This document shows, piece after piece, positions 7,774 through 16,060 of a stretch of DNA of 64,000 bases (position 1 is the first letter of the stretch; each line of letters starts with the position of its first letter). Below the pieces are notes generated by a model. It was not told where the DNA came from. It searched no databases and saw only the letters and a program-made list of their open reading frames with translations. The position numbers were made by a program, and so were the translations under genes. Source of the DNA: Oscillospiraceae bacterium (GTDB lineage: Bacteria > Bacillota > Clostridia > Oscillospirales > Oscillospiraceae); NCBI GenBank assembly GCA_015067465.1, contig SVMK01000002.1, positions 175 to 64,174 of the forward strand, read 5' to 3'.

Positions 7774-9081
7774 ATGTATTTTTCCAAGGAAGTGACAGGC
7801 GCCGCCGGCGAAGATATTTTCGCGCAGGCGGATCTGCAGGTGGTTCCCGCAGGGGAAGCGCCGCAGCCGTCGGCCGAGATCGTCCGGCGTCTTAAAAATT
7901 TCACAAATAAATTCTGCAGCGTTCTCGGAACGGGCAGCATGCTGAAGTCGGCCACCTACTATGCCTACACGGTGATCGGTGAGGATGCGGGCGAAGCGGT
8001 TACGGTTTCGGCAACGAGCGCCTCCATCCCCGGCGACGTTACGGTAACGGTCAGCCAGGTGGCGGAGGAAAGCCGCGTGGAAAGCGCTTGCGGCGTTTTG
8101 GAAGCGGGCAGGGCAAACCCCGCGGTGGAAATGATGCCGCTCGGTCTGCTTCCGCTGAAAACGCGTCTGCGGTTTGACAACATGGAGCGCATCACGTTCC
8201 GGATCAACGGAAAGCTGTTTTCCTTCGGCAGCGAAACCCCGCTGTGCGAGCTGCTCGACGAGGTGAGCGGCGATGTGGACGCGATGTGCACAATGGAATA
8301 CGACTGCGCGCGCGACCGTTTCATCATCACGGCGGACAGCAGCGGCAGAAACAGCTACGTGGAGATTGCCAACATGGGCGGCAACGCCTTTGGGCGCGAC
8401 GGCGCGTTCGGCATCGACAACGGCTTTTACGTCAACGGGCAGAACACCATCGCGGAGATCAACGGGTTCCGTGTGGAGTATGAAAGCCGCGAATACCACC
8501 ACAAGGGCCTGCTGTTTACCTTCAACGAACCCACGCCGCGTGAGGGTGTCCGTTTCACCGTGACGCGCGATTATGATGCAACGCTCCGCGCCATTGAGCA
8601 GTTTATCGGCGAGCTTTGCGACCTGACCGTTATGCTCCGCGAAGACGGCGACGGCGCGCTGGCACAACTTGCCGACGAACTCAGCGAGGCCCTGCTCACG
8701 CAGGAGGGCGGCACCGGCGGAACGGCACAGACCTTTGGAATTCTTGCGGAAAACGTCAACGACAAAACCGCGGTTCCCATTCTCGATATCAACAGACTGA
8801 AAATGAACCTCATGCTCAACACCGAGGAGATCATGGCGCTGTTTTCCAACAACGCCGACGGCGAAGAGCTGGGAATTGTACACAAGATCAAAGAATGCAT
8901 CGGCAGATTTCTCGCCGGCTGCAAGCACGACACAAGCGAAGCAAACGCGGCGGTGGTTGAGATGGAAGACCGCATCGACGGCCTGATTGAAGACTACCGC
9001 AAGCGCTATTCCGAAATGCAGACCGCGGCGCTCATCATGGAGCACCAGCGCGAAGTGATCTCCACTTTGTTCGATATTTAA
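7774..9081 (+). CDS. FliD-like filament cap paralog lacking the conserved N-terminal segment
   Basis: Aligns with the window's own FliD from FTNKFCSVLGTGSMLKSATY (FliD: FSNTYCSVLGSSSMLKSSTY) to the C-terminal coiled coil. The first ~50 aa of canonical FliD are absent. Start is uncertain (ATG at 7735 or 7774). Confidence 0.7.
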   Translation: MYFSKEVTGAAGEDIFAQADLQVVPAGEAPQPSAEIVRRLKNFTNKFCSVLGTGSMLKSATYYAYTVIGEDAGEAVTVSATSASIPGDVTVTVSQVAEESRVESACGVLEAGRANPAVEMMPLGLLPLKTRLRFDNMERITFRINGKLFSFGSETPLCELLDEVSGDVDAMCTMEYDCARDRFIITADSSGRNSYVEIANMGGNAFGRDGAFGIDNGFYVNGQNTIAEINGFRVEYESREYHHKGLLFTFNEPTPREGVRFTVTRDYDATLRAIEQFIGELCDLTVMLREDGDGALAQLADELSEALLTQEGGTGGTAQTFGILAENVNDKTAVPILDINRLKMNLMLNTEEIMALFSNNADGEELGIVHKIKECIGRFLAGCKHDTSEANAAVVEMEDRIDGLIEDYRKRYSEMQTAALIMEHQREVISTLFDI

Positions 9082-9127
9082 GCATTCGTGAAAAGCTGCG
9101 TCAATCAGTAGAAAAGGAGACTATGAG

Positions 9128-9538
9128 ATGGAACTCAAAAACAGACTCGGACAGGAATACCTTTACAGAAGCGTGATGACTGCCAGTCCGGCAGAGCTGA
9201 TCGTTATGCTCTTTGATGCATGCATAAAGGATGTTAAGCTGGCGGCAATGGCGCTGGAGGAAAAGCACGACCTGATGAAGGCGAACACCTACTTTGTCAA
9301 GGCGCAGAAGATCATCGCCGAGCTGATGTCTTCTCTGGATATGGACGTTGAGATTTCCGGTCAGCTGCTGCCGATTTATGAATTCATGCTCCACACGCTG
9401 ATGCACGCCAACGTGCAGAAGGACACTTCCGCCCTGCCCGGCGTGATTGAGATTCTGACCGCCCAGCGCGATACGTGGAAGCAGATCGCCCAGCCCAACC
9501 GCGCAGCGCAGGGAATGCCCGAGGTTATGTGCGGATGA
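9128..9538 (+). CDS. fliS: flagellin-specific export chaperone FliS
   Basis: 136 aa. YLYRSVMTASPAELIVMLFD and IIAELMSSLD are typical of FliS. Confidence 0.9.
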   Translation: MELKNRLGQEYLYRSVMTASPAELIVMLFDACIKDVKLAAMALEEKHDLMKANTYFVKAQKIIAELMSSLDMDVEISGQLLPIYEFMLHTLMHANVQKDTSALPGVIEILTAQRDTWKQIAQPNRAAQGMPEVMCG

Positions 9539-9969
9539 GCGCGCCGATACCGGAACTGCCCGACAGGCTTACCCAGCTTTTGACGGAAGCCGAGCGGGAA
9601 GCGGAAAGCTTTTCCCGCGTTTGCCGGCAAAATGACTGCCGCACGGCCCCGAACGGACAGCAAAGCAGCCCGCTGGCCTATGTGCGGGTGCGGGAGGAAA
9701 TTCTCGGCTGTCTGGCTGAAAAGCTGCGCGAGGCGGCAGTGATAGAAACCACGCTGGAGGCGGCGGGAATTTTGCGCGCCGCCGAGCGGGAAGCGCTGTG
9801 GGCGAGAAAGCACGCGATCCGCGAACACGTTGCGGTCGGCGCTGCCACGGATGAGGCGTTTGTGAAGATGCTTCGCAGCCGTTCGGGCGCGTGTCGCAAA
9901 AAAATTTCTGAGCTTCAGCGGCGCAAAAATGAGCCGGGAGCTGCCGAAATAGCAATTTCAAGGATGTAA
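9535..9969 (+). CDS. hypothetical Arg/Glu-rich helical protein in the fliT position
   Basis: 144 aa. Its ATG overlaps the fliS stop codon (ATGA at 9535-9538). No recognisable motif. The call rests on position only. Confidence 0.5.
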   Translation: MSAPIPELPDRLTQLLTEAEREAESFSRVCRQNDCRTAPNGQQSSPLAYVRVREEILGCLAEKLREAAVIETTLEAAGILRAAEREALWARKHAIREHVAVGAATDEAFVKMLRSRSGACRKKISELQRRKNEPGAAEIAISRM

Positions 9970-10004
9970 TTTCACAAAAAACAGGCTCGCTTCACAATTA
10001 ACAC

Positions 10005-10033
10005 TTGTCAAACTTGACAAAAACTGTTATAAT
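10005..10033 (+). promoter_or_regulatory. sigma-A type promoter of the che operon
   Basis: TTGTCA (10005-10010), 17 nt spacer, TATAAT (10028-10033). Confidence 0.6.
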
Positions 10034-10217
10034 ACAAAACATAAGAGCAAACAAAACGATAAATTATTTAAGGATCCGCCAAAACGGGGCCGTGTGCGCG
10101 AAAAAGCGCGCGTCCGACGCCGGGGGCAGGATCCGCACAGGCATATATTCAGCAGATTTTGCGCCCGCGCGCAGCGGCCGCAAAACCGGCGCAGTGCTTT
10201 CGGAAAGGGGCGGCGCG

Positions 10218-10670
10218 ATGGCAATCGGCATCCACAACTCAACGCCGGTCAGCAACGCAAACTATGTCAAAGCCACCAACCGAAACGGCGGGCAGGGATT
10301 TGCGCAGGCCTTTCAGCAAAGTGCGGAAGAGCAGCAGAAGCAGCAGCTGAACGACAAGGTGACGGAAATCCTTGACGAAATATCGGGCTACGCCACCGGA
10401 ATTGGCGAGCAGGTGGATTTTGGCCTGTTCCACGGCTACTGCAGCCGGCTCAGCGCGGTGCTGAATGAAATTCTTGAAAATGCATATTTGTTCCGATCGG
10501 AGCGTGTGATGGATCGCAGCGGCCGCCAGCGGGTGTTTGCAACGATTCAGGTGGTTGACGAGCGGTTGGACCGCCTCGGCAGCGAGATCATGGCCGGAAA
10601 CAGCTCCAGAATCGAATTTATCAGCAAGGTTGACGAGATTCGCGGTTTGCTCACGGATCTGTTTTCCTGA
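10218..10670 (+). CDS. hypothetical protein, possibly DUF327/YaaR-like flagellar-locus protein
   Basis: 150 aa from MAIGIHNS with a GAAAGGGG Shine-Dalgarno. First gene of the che operon. Family assignment is tentative and from memory. Confidence 0.55.
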   Translation: MAIGIHNSTPVSNANYVKATNRNGGQGFAQAFQQSAEEQQKQQLNDKVTEILDEISGYATGIGEQVDFGLFHGYCSRLSAVLNEILENAYLFRSERVMDRSGRQRVFATIQVVDERLDRLGSEIMAGNSSRIEFISKVDEIRGLLTDLFS

Positions 10671-10754
10671 ATATATCCGCCGGCCGCGGCGATGTGTGCG
10701 GCGGTTGCGCGGAAAGAAATAACACTTTCACAAGACAGGGTAGGTGATTCGAAC

Positions 10755-11393
10755 TTGGCTGCCTCATTGGAAGAAATGAATGCAATGCAGGTTGATATTC
10801 TGAAAGAAATCGCGAACATCGGCGCAGGGCATGCGTCTTCGGCGCTTTCCATGATGCTCGAGATGCGCGTTGAACAGCAGATACCGGAGGTGTCGCTTGT
10901 TCGTCTGGAGGATATGACAGATCTGCTTGGCGGTGCAGAAAGGCCTGTGGTGGGAGTGGGAATTGTTGTATCCGGTGATATTGCCGGGTATCTTCTCATG
11001 CTGCTGGACATCGGACAGGCGGAAAAAGTTGTGCAGGCCATCCGAGGTCAGCCTGCGGAAACCAACGAATACGGCGAACCGTTTTCCATGCTGGATCGTT
11101 CGGCCCTGCAGGAAACGCTGAACATTATGGCGGGCTCTTATCTTACGGCGCTGTCGGAAATGACGGGCCTGATGGGAATTCCCTCCACGCCGGATCTGGC
11201 GCTGGATATGCTGGGTTCCGTTCTCAGCCAGCCGATTGCGGCAGCGGGAGAGAGCAGCGACTATGTGCTCTATTTCCGCTCGGGTCTGTTCAGTTCGCTG
11301 TCAGACGATATCGGAACATTTTCGGGCGACCTGCTGCTCGTTCCCGATAAAGAATCCTATACAACACTTCTGAAATCGCTGGGGTGTGAATAG
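10755..11393 (+). CDS. cheC: CheY-P phosphatase CheC
   Basis: Two CheC repeats: DILKEIANIGAGHASSALS and LQETLNIMAGSYLTALS. Start is uncertain (TTG 10755 with an AGGTGA Shine-Dalgarno, or ATG 10776). Confidence 0.85.
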   Translation: MAASLEEMNAMQVDILKEIANIGAGHASSALSMMLEMRVEQQIPEVSLVRLEDMTDLLGGAERPVVGVGIVVSGDIAGYLLMLLDIGQAEKVVQAIRGQPAETNEYGEPFSMLDRSALQETLNIMAGSYLTALSEMTGLMGIPSTPDLALDMLGSVLSQPIAAAGESSDYVLYFRSGLFSSLSDDIGTFSGDLLLVPDKESYTTLLKSLGCE

Positions 11394-11865
11394 GGTGGCA
11401 ACACTTTCTGTTAACATTGCGCAGATGAAAGTTTCCGCCGCTCCGGATACCTTCAGCGCGGTTGGACTCGGTTCCTGCATGGGTGTTGTTGTATACGACC
11501 CTGTGCGGAAAATCGGCGGAATGATTCATGTTCTGCTTCCCAATTCGAAGGACATGAACGCAGCAGATTCCAGGACGAAGTTTGCAGACCCCGGAATTTT
11601 CGACCTTGTAGACGCGGTTGTAAAAGCCGGAGGGATGCGGAAAAACCTGGTTGCAAAGATGGCGGGCGGAGCAGCGATGCTGAATGCAGCCACCAGCCAG
11701 GTGGGGCTTCGAAATGCCGAAGAGAGCAAGAGAGTCCTCGAAGCACTCAATGTTAAGATTCTGGCGCAGGACACCGGAGGAACGTGCGGGCGAACGGTGA
11801 CCTTTGATCTGCAAACCTGCACGATGTGCGTATCCACACTGTCCAAGGGTAAGGTCAATTTTTAA
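11386..11865 (+). CDS. cheD: chemoreceptor glutamine deamidase CheD
   Basis: GLGSCMGVVVYDP and GGMIHVLLP motifs. GTG start overlapping the cheC stop. Confidence 0.9.
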   Translation: MNRVATLSVNIAQMKVSAAPDTFSAVGLGSCMGVVVYDPVRKIGGMIHVLLPNSKDMNAADSRTKFADPGIFDLVDAVVKAGGMRKNLVAKMAGGAAMLNAATSQVGLRNAEESKRVLEALNVKILAQDTGGTCGRTVTFDLQTCTMCVSTLSKGKVNF

Positions 11866-11897
11866 TTAGTAAAGTTTTTCTAGAGGAGAAGTGAAAT

Positions 11898-12254
11898 ATG
11901 GCAAGGATAATGGTTGTTGATGATGCGGCGTTCATGAGAATCACCATCAAGAACATGCTGCAGAAGAGCGAGTATGAAGTTGTCGGCGAAGCCGAAAACG
12001 GCAGAATTGCGGTTGAGCGCTATGCTGAACTGCGCCCGGACATTGTCACCATGGACATCACCATGCCTGAAATGGACGGCCTTGAAGCGCTGAAGGCAAT
12101 TGTTAAGATGGATCCCAACGCAAAGGTCATCATGGTTTCCGCCATGGGCCAGGAAGCGATGGTTCGCGACGCGGTTTTGAGCGGCGCAAAGGGCTTTATC
12201 GTGAAGCCTTTCAAGGAGGACGGTATTCTGTCCGCCATTGCAAAGCTGGTATAA
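11898..12254 (+). CDS. cheY: chemotaxis response regulator CheY
   Basis: 118 aa single receiver domain: MVVDDAAFMR, IVTMDITMPEMDG, GFIVKPF. Confidence 0.92.
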   Translation: MARIMVVDDAAFMRITIKNMLQKSEYEVVGEAENGRIAVERYAELRPDIVTMDITMPEMDGLEALKAIVKMDPNAKVIMVSAMGQEAMVRDAVLSGAKGFIVKPFKEDGILSAIAKLV

Positions 12255-12373
12255 ACAGAAAAATTTACCGGCATTGTCTTTCCCCATGGCAGCGGACATG
12301 TGTCCGATCTGTCGGCCGAAGCGGATTGGGTCATAGCGATCCGCTTTGAAATTCGTGCAAAAGGGTGGTTTGA

Positions 12374-14578
12374 ATGAGCGCAGAAGAATCTATGGTAGAA
12401 GTATACATATATGAAACCCAGCAGTTGCTCCAGCGTTTGGATGATGTTCTGCTTGATGGCGAGAACAGAAAGATTCTGACAGAAGAACAGATCAACGAAG
12501 TTTTCCGCTCGATGCACACCATCAAGGGCGCTTCCGCCATGATGGAGTTCGGTACGATTACAACGGTTTCTCACGCGGTTGAAGACATCTTCTCCCTGAT
12601 CAGAGAAAGCGGTGCGGCCGATGACGAGTGGCCCGCGGTGTTTGATCTGGCATTTCAGACGGTATCGTTTATCAACGGCGAGGTTGCAAAGCTTCAGGAA
12701 GGCATTGCCCCGAACGGCAGCGTTCCCGAGCTGACGGAGCGCGCCCATGCGCTGCTTGCCGGCATGAAGGCAAGACGCGAAGGCGGCACGGCTGCCCCCG
12801 CGCCCGCGGCTGCAGCGGAAGAAACGCCCAATGTGGCTGCTGCGCCGGCTGCCGCTCCCGCAGCGGTTGCGGAAGAGCCGGCTGTTGAAGAAACGATTGA
12901 GGAAGAGACGGACGATTCCATTCCGTTCTACAAAATCAAAATCGCTTTTGCGGAAGATTGCCAGATGGAAACGATCCGCGCGATGGGCGCATTTCGCGCA
13001 CTTTCCGCGATTGAAGGCAAAGCAGCCTCCATTCCCGAAAAGCTTGACACCTCCGAAACCGACAGATACATCATTGAAAACGGTTTCCTGATTTATATCC
13101 AGACCGAAGTGAATCCCGACATCCTCAAGGGCATTCTGGACGAGGTCCTCTTTGTTGAAAAATACAGCATTTTGCCCATCGACGGTTATGACGATGAGAT
13201 TCCGGCCAGCATCCGTCTGCGTGACGGATCCGAGCCTGCGGTTGTTCCCGCAGCTCCCGCGGCGGCGGCACCTGCAGCGGCATCCGTGGCAGCGCCTACA
13301 GCGGCACCCGCGGCAGCGCCCGCAGCGGCACCCGCGGCAGCGCCCGCAGCGGCACCCGCAGCAGCGCCCAAAAAGGCTGCCGATCTGCCGACGGAAAACA
13401 GTGCAAAGCAGAATTTTATCAGCGTCAACGTCAACAAACTCGACAGCCTGCTGGACATCGTCGGTGAGATCGTCACCGCGCAGTCCATGGTTGTCAGCAG
13501 TGCCACGCTGGACGATAAGCGTCAGGAGAGCTTTGACGTTGCGGCCAAGCAGCTGCGCACGCTGATCAACGAGCTGCAGGATGTTGTTATGAGCATCCGT
13601 ATGCTGCCGGTTTCCAATGTGTTCCAGAAGATGAAGCGCATTGTGCGCGACATGGCCAAGAAAGAGAACAAGGACATCGAGCTTGTTCTCCTCGGCGAGG
13701 AAACCGAAGTTGACAAAAACGTGATTGATTGCCTCTCCGATCCGCTGATGCACCTGATCCGAAACTCCGTTGACCACGGAATTGAGGATAAGGATACCCG
13801 TATGCGCAAGGGCAAGCCCGCAAAGGGCCGCATCGTGCTGGAAGCGCACACCACGGGTAACGATGTTATCGTCACCATCACGGACGACGGCAAGGGTCTG
13901 CAGCGCGACGCGATCCTGAAAAAGGCCTATGAAAAGGGCCTGGTGAACAAGGCTGAGAATGAGATCAGCGATAAGGACGTTTATTCTCTGATTTTCCTGC
14001 CCGGCTTCTCCACCAAGGAAGCGGTTACGGAATATTCCGGCCGCGGCGTTGGTATGGACGTTGTCCGCAGAAATGTTGCCGAAGTGGGCGGTTCTCTGAC
14101 GGTTGACAGTGAGCCCGGCAAGGGCACCACCTTCACCATCCGCATCCCGCTGACGCTCACCATCGTTGACGGCATGAAGTTCCAGGTTGGCAACATCAGC
14201 TTCATCATCCCCACCTCCTCTGTTCAGACGGCACTCAAGCCCAATCCCGGCGATGTGTTTGTGGACTCTGAGGGCCATGAGATGATGATGCTGCAGGGCA
14301 ACTGCTATTCCGTGATTCGCATGAGCGATATGTTCGGCATCGAAAATGCAGTGCAAAACCCGGAGGACGGCATGATTATGCAGCTGCACTCTGAGGGCAG
14401 AGATTTCTGCATGATGTTCGACCAGCTCGACGGCGAGTATCAGGTTGTTGCAAAATCGCTTCCCAGCTATCTTGAAAAGTGTGCGGAAAGACTGGAAGGC
14501 ATCAGCGGCTGCACCATTCTCGGCGACGGTTCGATCAACCTGATCCTGGATGCGAACAAGTTCCAAATCGATGTTTGA
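12374..14578 (+). CDS. cheA: chemotaxis histidine kinase CheA
   Basis: P1 Hpt domain HTIKGASAMM. HATPase N, G1 and G2 boxes (HLIRNSVDHGIE, DDGKGL, GRGVGMDVV). C-terminal CheW-like domain. Confidence 0.95.
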   Translation: MSAEESMVEVYIYETQQLLQRLDDVLLDGENRKILTEEQINEVFRSMHTIKGASAMMEFGTITTVSHAVEDIFSLIRESGAADDEWPAVFDLAFQTVSFINGEVAKLQEGIAPNGSVPELTERAHALLAGMKARREGGTAAPAPAAAAEETPNVAAAPAAAPAAVAEEPAVEETIEEETDDSIPFYKIKIAFAEDCQMETIRAMGAFRALSAIEGKAASIPEKLDTSETDRYIIENGFLIYIQTEVNPDILKGILDEVLFVEKYSILPIDGYDDEIPASIRLRDGSEPAVVPAAPAAAAPAAASVAAPTAAPAAAPAAAPAAAPAAAPAAAPKKAADLPTENSAKQNFISVNVNKLDSLLDIVGEIVTAQSMVVSSATLDDKRQESFDVAAKQLRTLINELQDVVMSIRMLPVSNVFQKMKRIVRDMAKKENKDIELVLLGEETEVDKNVIDCLSDPLMHLIRNSVDHGIEDKDTRMRKGKPAKGRIVLEAHTTGNDVIVTITDDGKGLQRDAILKKAYEKGLVNKAENEISDKDVYSLIFLPGFSTKEAVTEYSGRGVGMDVVRRNVAEVGGSLTVDSEPGKGTTFTIRIPLTLTIVDGMKFQVGNISFIIPTSSVQTALKPNPGDVFVDSEGHEMMMLQGNCYSVIRMSDMFGIENAVQNPEDGMIMQLHSEGRDFCMMFDQLDGEYQVVAKSLPSYLEKCAERLEGISGCTILGDGSINLILDANKFQIDV
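13250..13372 (+). repeat. in-frame Ala/Pro-rich tandem repeat within cheA (P2-P3 linker)
   Basis: About three copies of the 24 nt unit gcggcacccgcggcagcgcccgca, encoding (AAPAAAP)n. A shorter Ala/Pro tract lies at about 12790-12880. Confidence 0.7.
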
Positions 14579-14607
14579 CGCCAGTGTGCAGATGGGAGTG
14601 AATTATT

Positions 14608-15105
14608 ATGAGTAATGAGCTTGTAAGAGATGCTTTGGGAAACGAAGCTGAAGTTGACAAGGCTGAAAAGAATCTCCAGAAATACCTCTTTTTCTCCCTT
14701 GATGCTGTGGAATACGGCGTTGAGATCGGTCTGGTGCAGGAAATCATCACCCTGCCGCAGATTTCGCCCATTCCCAGCACGAAGAAATTCTGCAAGGGCG
14801 TAATCAACATCCGCGGCTCGATCGTGCCTGTTATCGACATGCGCATCAAGCTTGGCAAAGAGCCGTGCGAATATACGGAGAAAACCTGCATTATTGTTTT
14901 GGAACTTGCCGGCGAGCGCATCGGCGCGATTGTGGAGCGCGTGCTGGAGGTTGTTGAAATTTCTTCCGACAAGCTGCTCGAATCTCCGTCCAAGTTTGAA
15001 TCCAACGGCTATCACAGTATCTCCAGCAAGATTCTGGGCGATGCCGGCGGAAAGCGCCAAATCCTTGATCTTTATCAGGTTTTTGACCTGGAAGCAGAAG
15101 CATAA
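14608..15105 (+). CDS. cheW: chemotaxis coupling protein CheW
   Basis: 165 aa. YLFFSLDAVEYGVEIGLVQEI and INIRGSIVPVIDMR are typical of the CheW domain. Confidence 0.9.
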   Translation: MSNELVRDALGNEAEVDKAEKNLQKYLFFSLDAVEYGVEIGLVQEIITLPQISPIPSTKKFCKGVINIRGSIVPVIDMRIKLGKEPCEYTEKTCIIVLELAGERIGAIVERVLEVVEISSDKLLESPSKFESNGYHSISSKILGDAGGKRQILDLYQVFDLEAEA

Positions 15106-15124
15106 ACAAAGCAATAGCGATAGC

Positions 15125-15152
15125 GGCACCCCGACGCAGAAAAAGGGGTGCC
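15125..15152 (+). promoter_or_regulatory. intercistronic stem-loop between cheW and cheR
   Basis: GGCACCCC-12 nt loop-GGGGTGCC, starting 20 nt after the cheW stop. No clean U-tract follows. It covers the GTG used as start by the ORF track. Confidence 0.4.
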
Positions 15153-15186
15153 GCTATTGTCGGATTTTAAATTAGGGAGACTGACT

Positions 15187-15996
15187 GTGAATATTGGCGA
15201 TAAGGAATTCGATCGGATTACCTCATTCATGCTGAATTCTTACGGCATTGATCTTGCAAAAAAGCGCGTTCTGATCGAAAGCCGTCTGAAGCACCTGGTG
15301 ACTGACAGCGGCCATGACAATTTTGAAGACTATGTGACCGCGGTGTTTCAGAACCCCAAGCTCCGGCAGGAAATGGTTACCTGTCTGACAACGAACTATA
15401 CCTTTTTCTACCGCGAGGACATCCACTACGAATTTATGATCAAGCAGGCAATGCCGTCCATTCTGGAGGGTACGCGTCTGCCGTATAATGCAAGAATCTG
15501 GAGTGCAGGCTGCTCCGCCGGGGACGAAGCATTCACGGCGGCGATGTTTCTGCGCACATTTCAGGAACTCAATCCCCGCTTAAGCAGCTTTTCCATCACG
15601 GCAACCGACATTTCCAGCGACATGCTTGCCCAGGCGAAAGCGGCGACTTACAGCGCCGACCGCATTACCAAGCTGCCGCCGATGATGCAGAAGCGGTTTT
15701 TCACCGAGGACGAAAACGGTCAGTTTCTGGTGAAAAAGGAGCTGACGGACAAGGTGAAATTCTCCGAATTCAACCTGATGGATCCGTTTCCCCCGACGCT
15801 CACGGGCTTTGACATTATTTTCTGCCGCAACGTGATGATATATTTCACGCCGGAAACCCGCAAAGCCATGGGTAAAAAATTCCTGAACGCCCTCAAGCCG
15901 GGCGGCTACCTTTTCATTGGCCTGAGCGAGGCGCTTCCGGCCGGCGAAATCGGCTTTAAGCCTGTCCGACCGTCCATTTTCATGAGGGAAAAATAA
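15187..15996 (+). CDS. cheR: chemotaxis protein methyltransferase CheR
   Basis: TNYTFFYRE, RIWSAGCSAGDEAF (SAM-binding), FDIIFCRNVMIYF. Start re-set to GTG 15187 with a GGGAGA Shine-Dalgarno. The track start at 15148 lies inside the hairpin. Confidence 0.85.
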   Translation: MNIGDKEFDRITSFMLNSYGIDLAKKRVLIESRLKHLVTDSGHDNFEDYVTAVFQNPKLRQEMVTCLTTNYTFFYREDIHYEFMIKQAMPSILEGTRLPYNARIWSAGCSAGDEAFTAAMFLRTFQELNPRLSSFSITATDISSDMLAQAKAATYSADRITKLPPMMQKRFFTEDENGQFLVKKELTDKVKFSEFNLMDPFPPTLTGFDIIFCRNVMIYFTPETRKAMGKKFLNALKPGGYLFIGLSEALPAGEIGFKPVRPSIFMREK

Positions 15997-16060
15997 TCCC
16001 CAAACCCTGCGACAGAAACGATAACTTTCGCCGGATACCCCACGAAGGAGGGAGTTATGA

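Noticed and set aside
10034-10217. c-di-GMP riboswitch in the che operon leader
   Set aside because: I could not find the conserved GEMM-I core (GGCAAACC ... GGGACGCAAAGCC) or the type II core. I kept it only as an unclassified structured leader.
12020-14566. 848 aa minus-strand ORF covering the cheA region
   Set aside because: It lies antisense to a clearly conserved CheA. The translation is Arg/Gly/Ala/His-rich low complexity with no motifs. This is the typical open antisense frame of GC-rich coding DNA.
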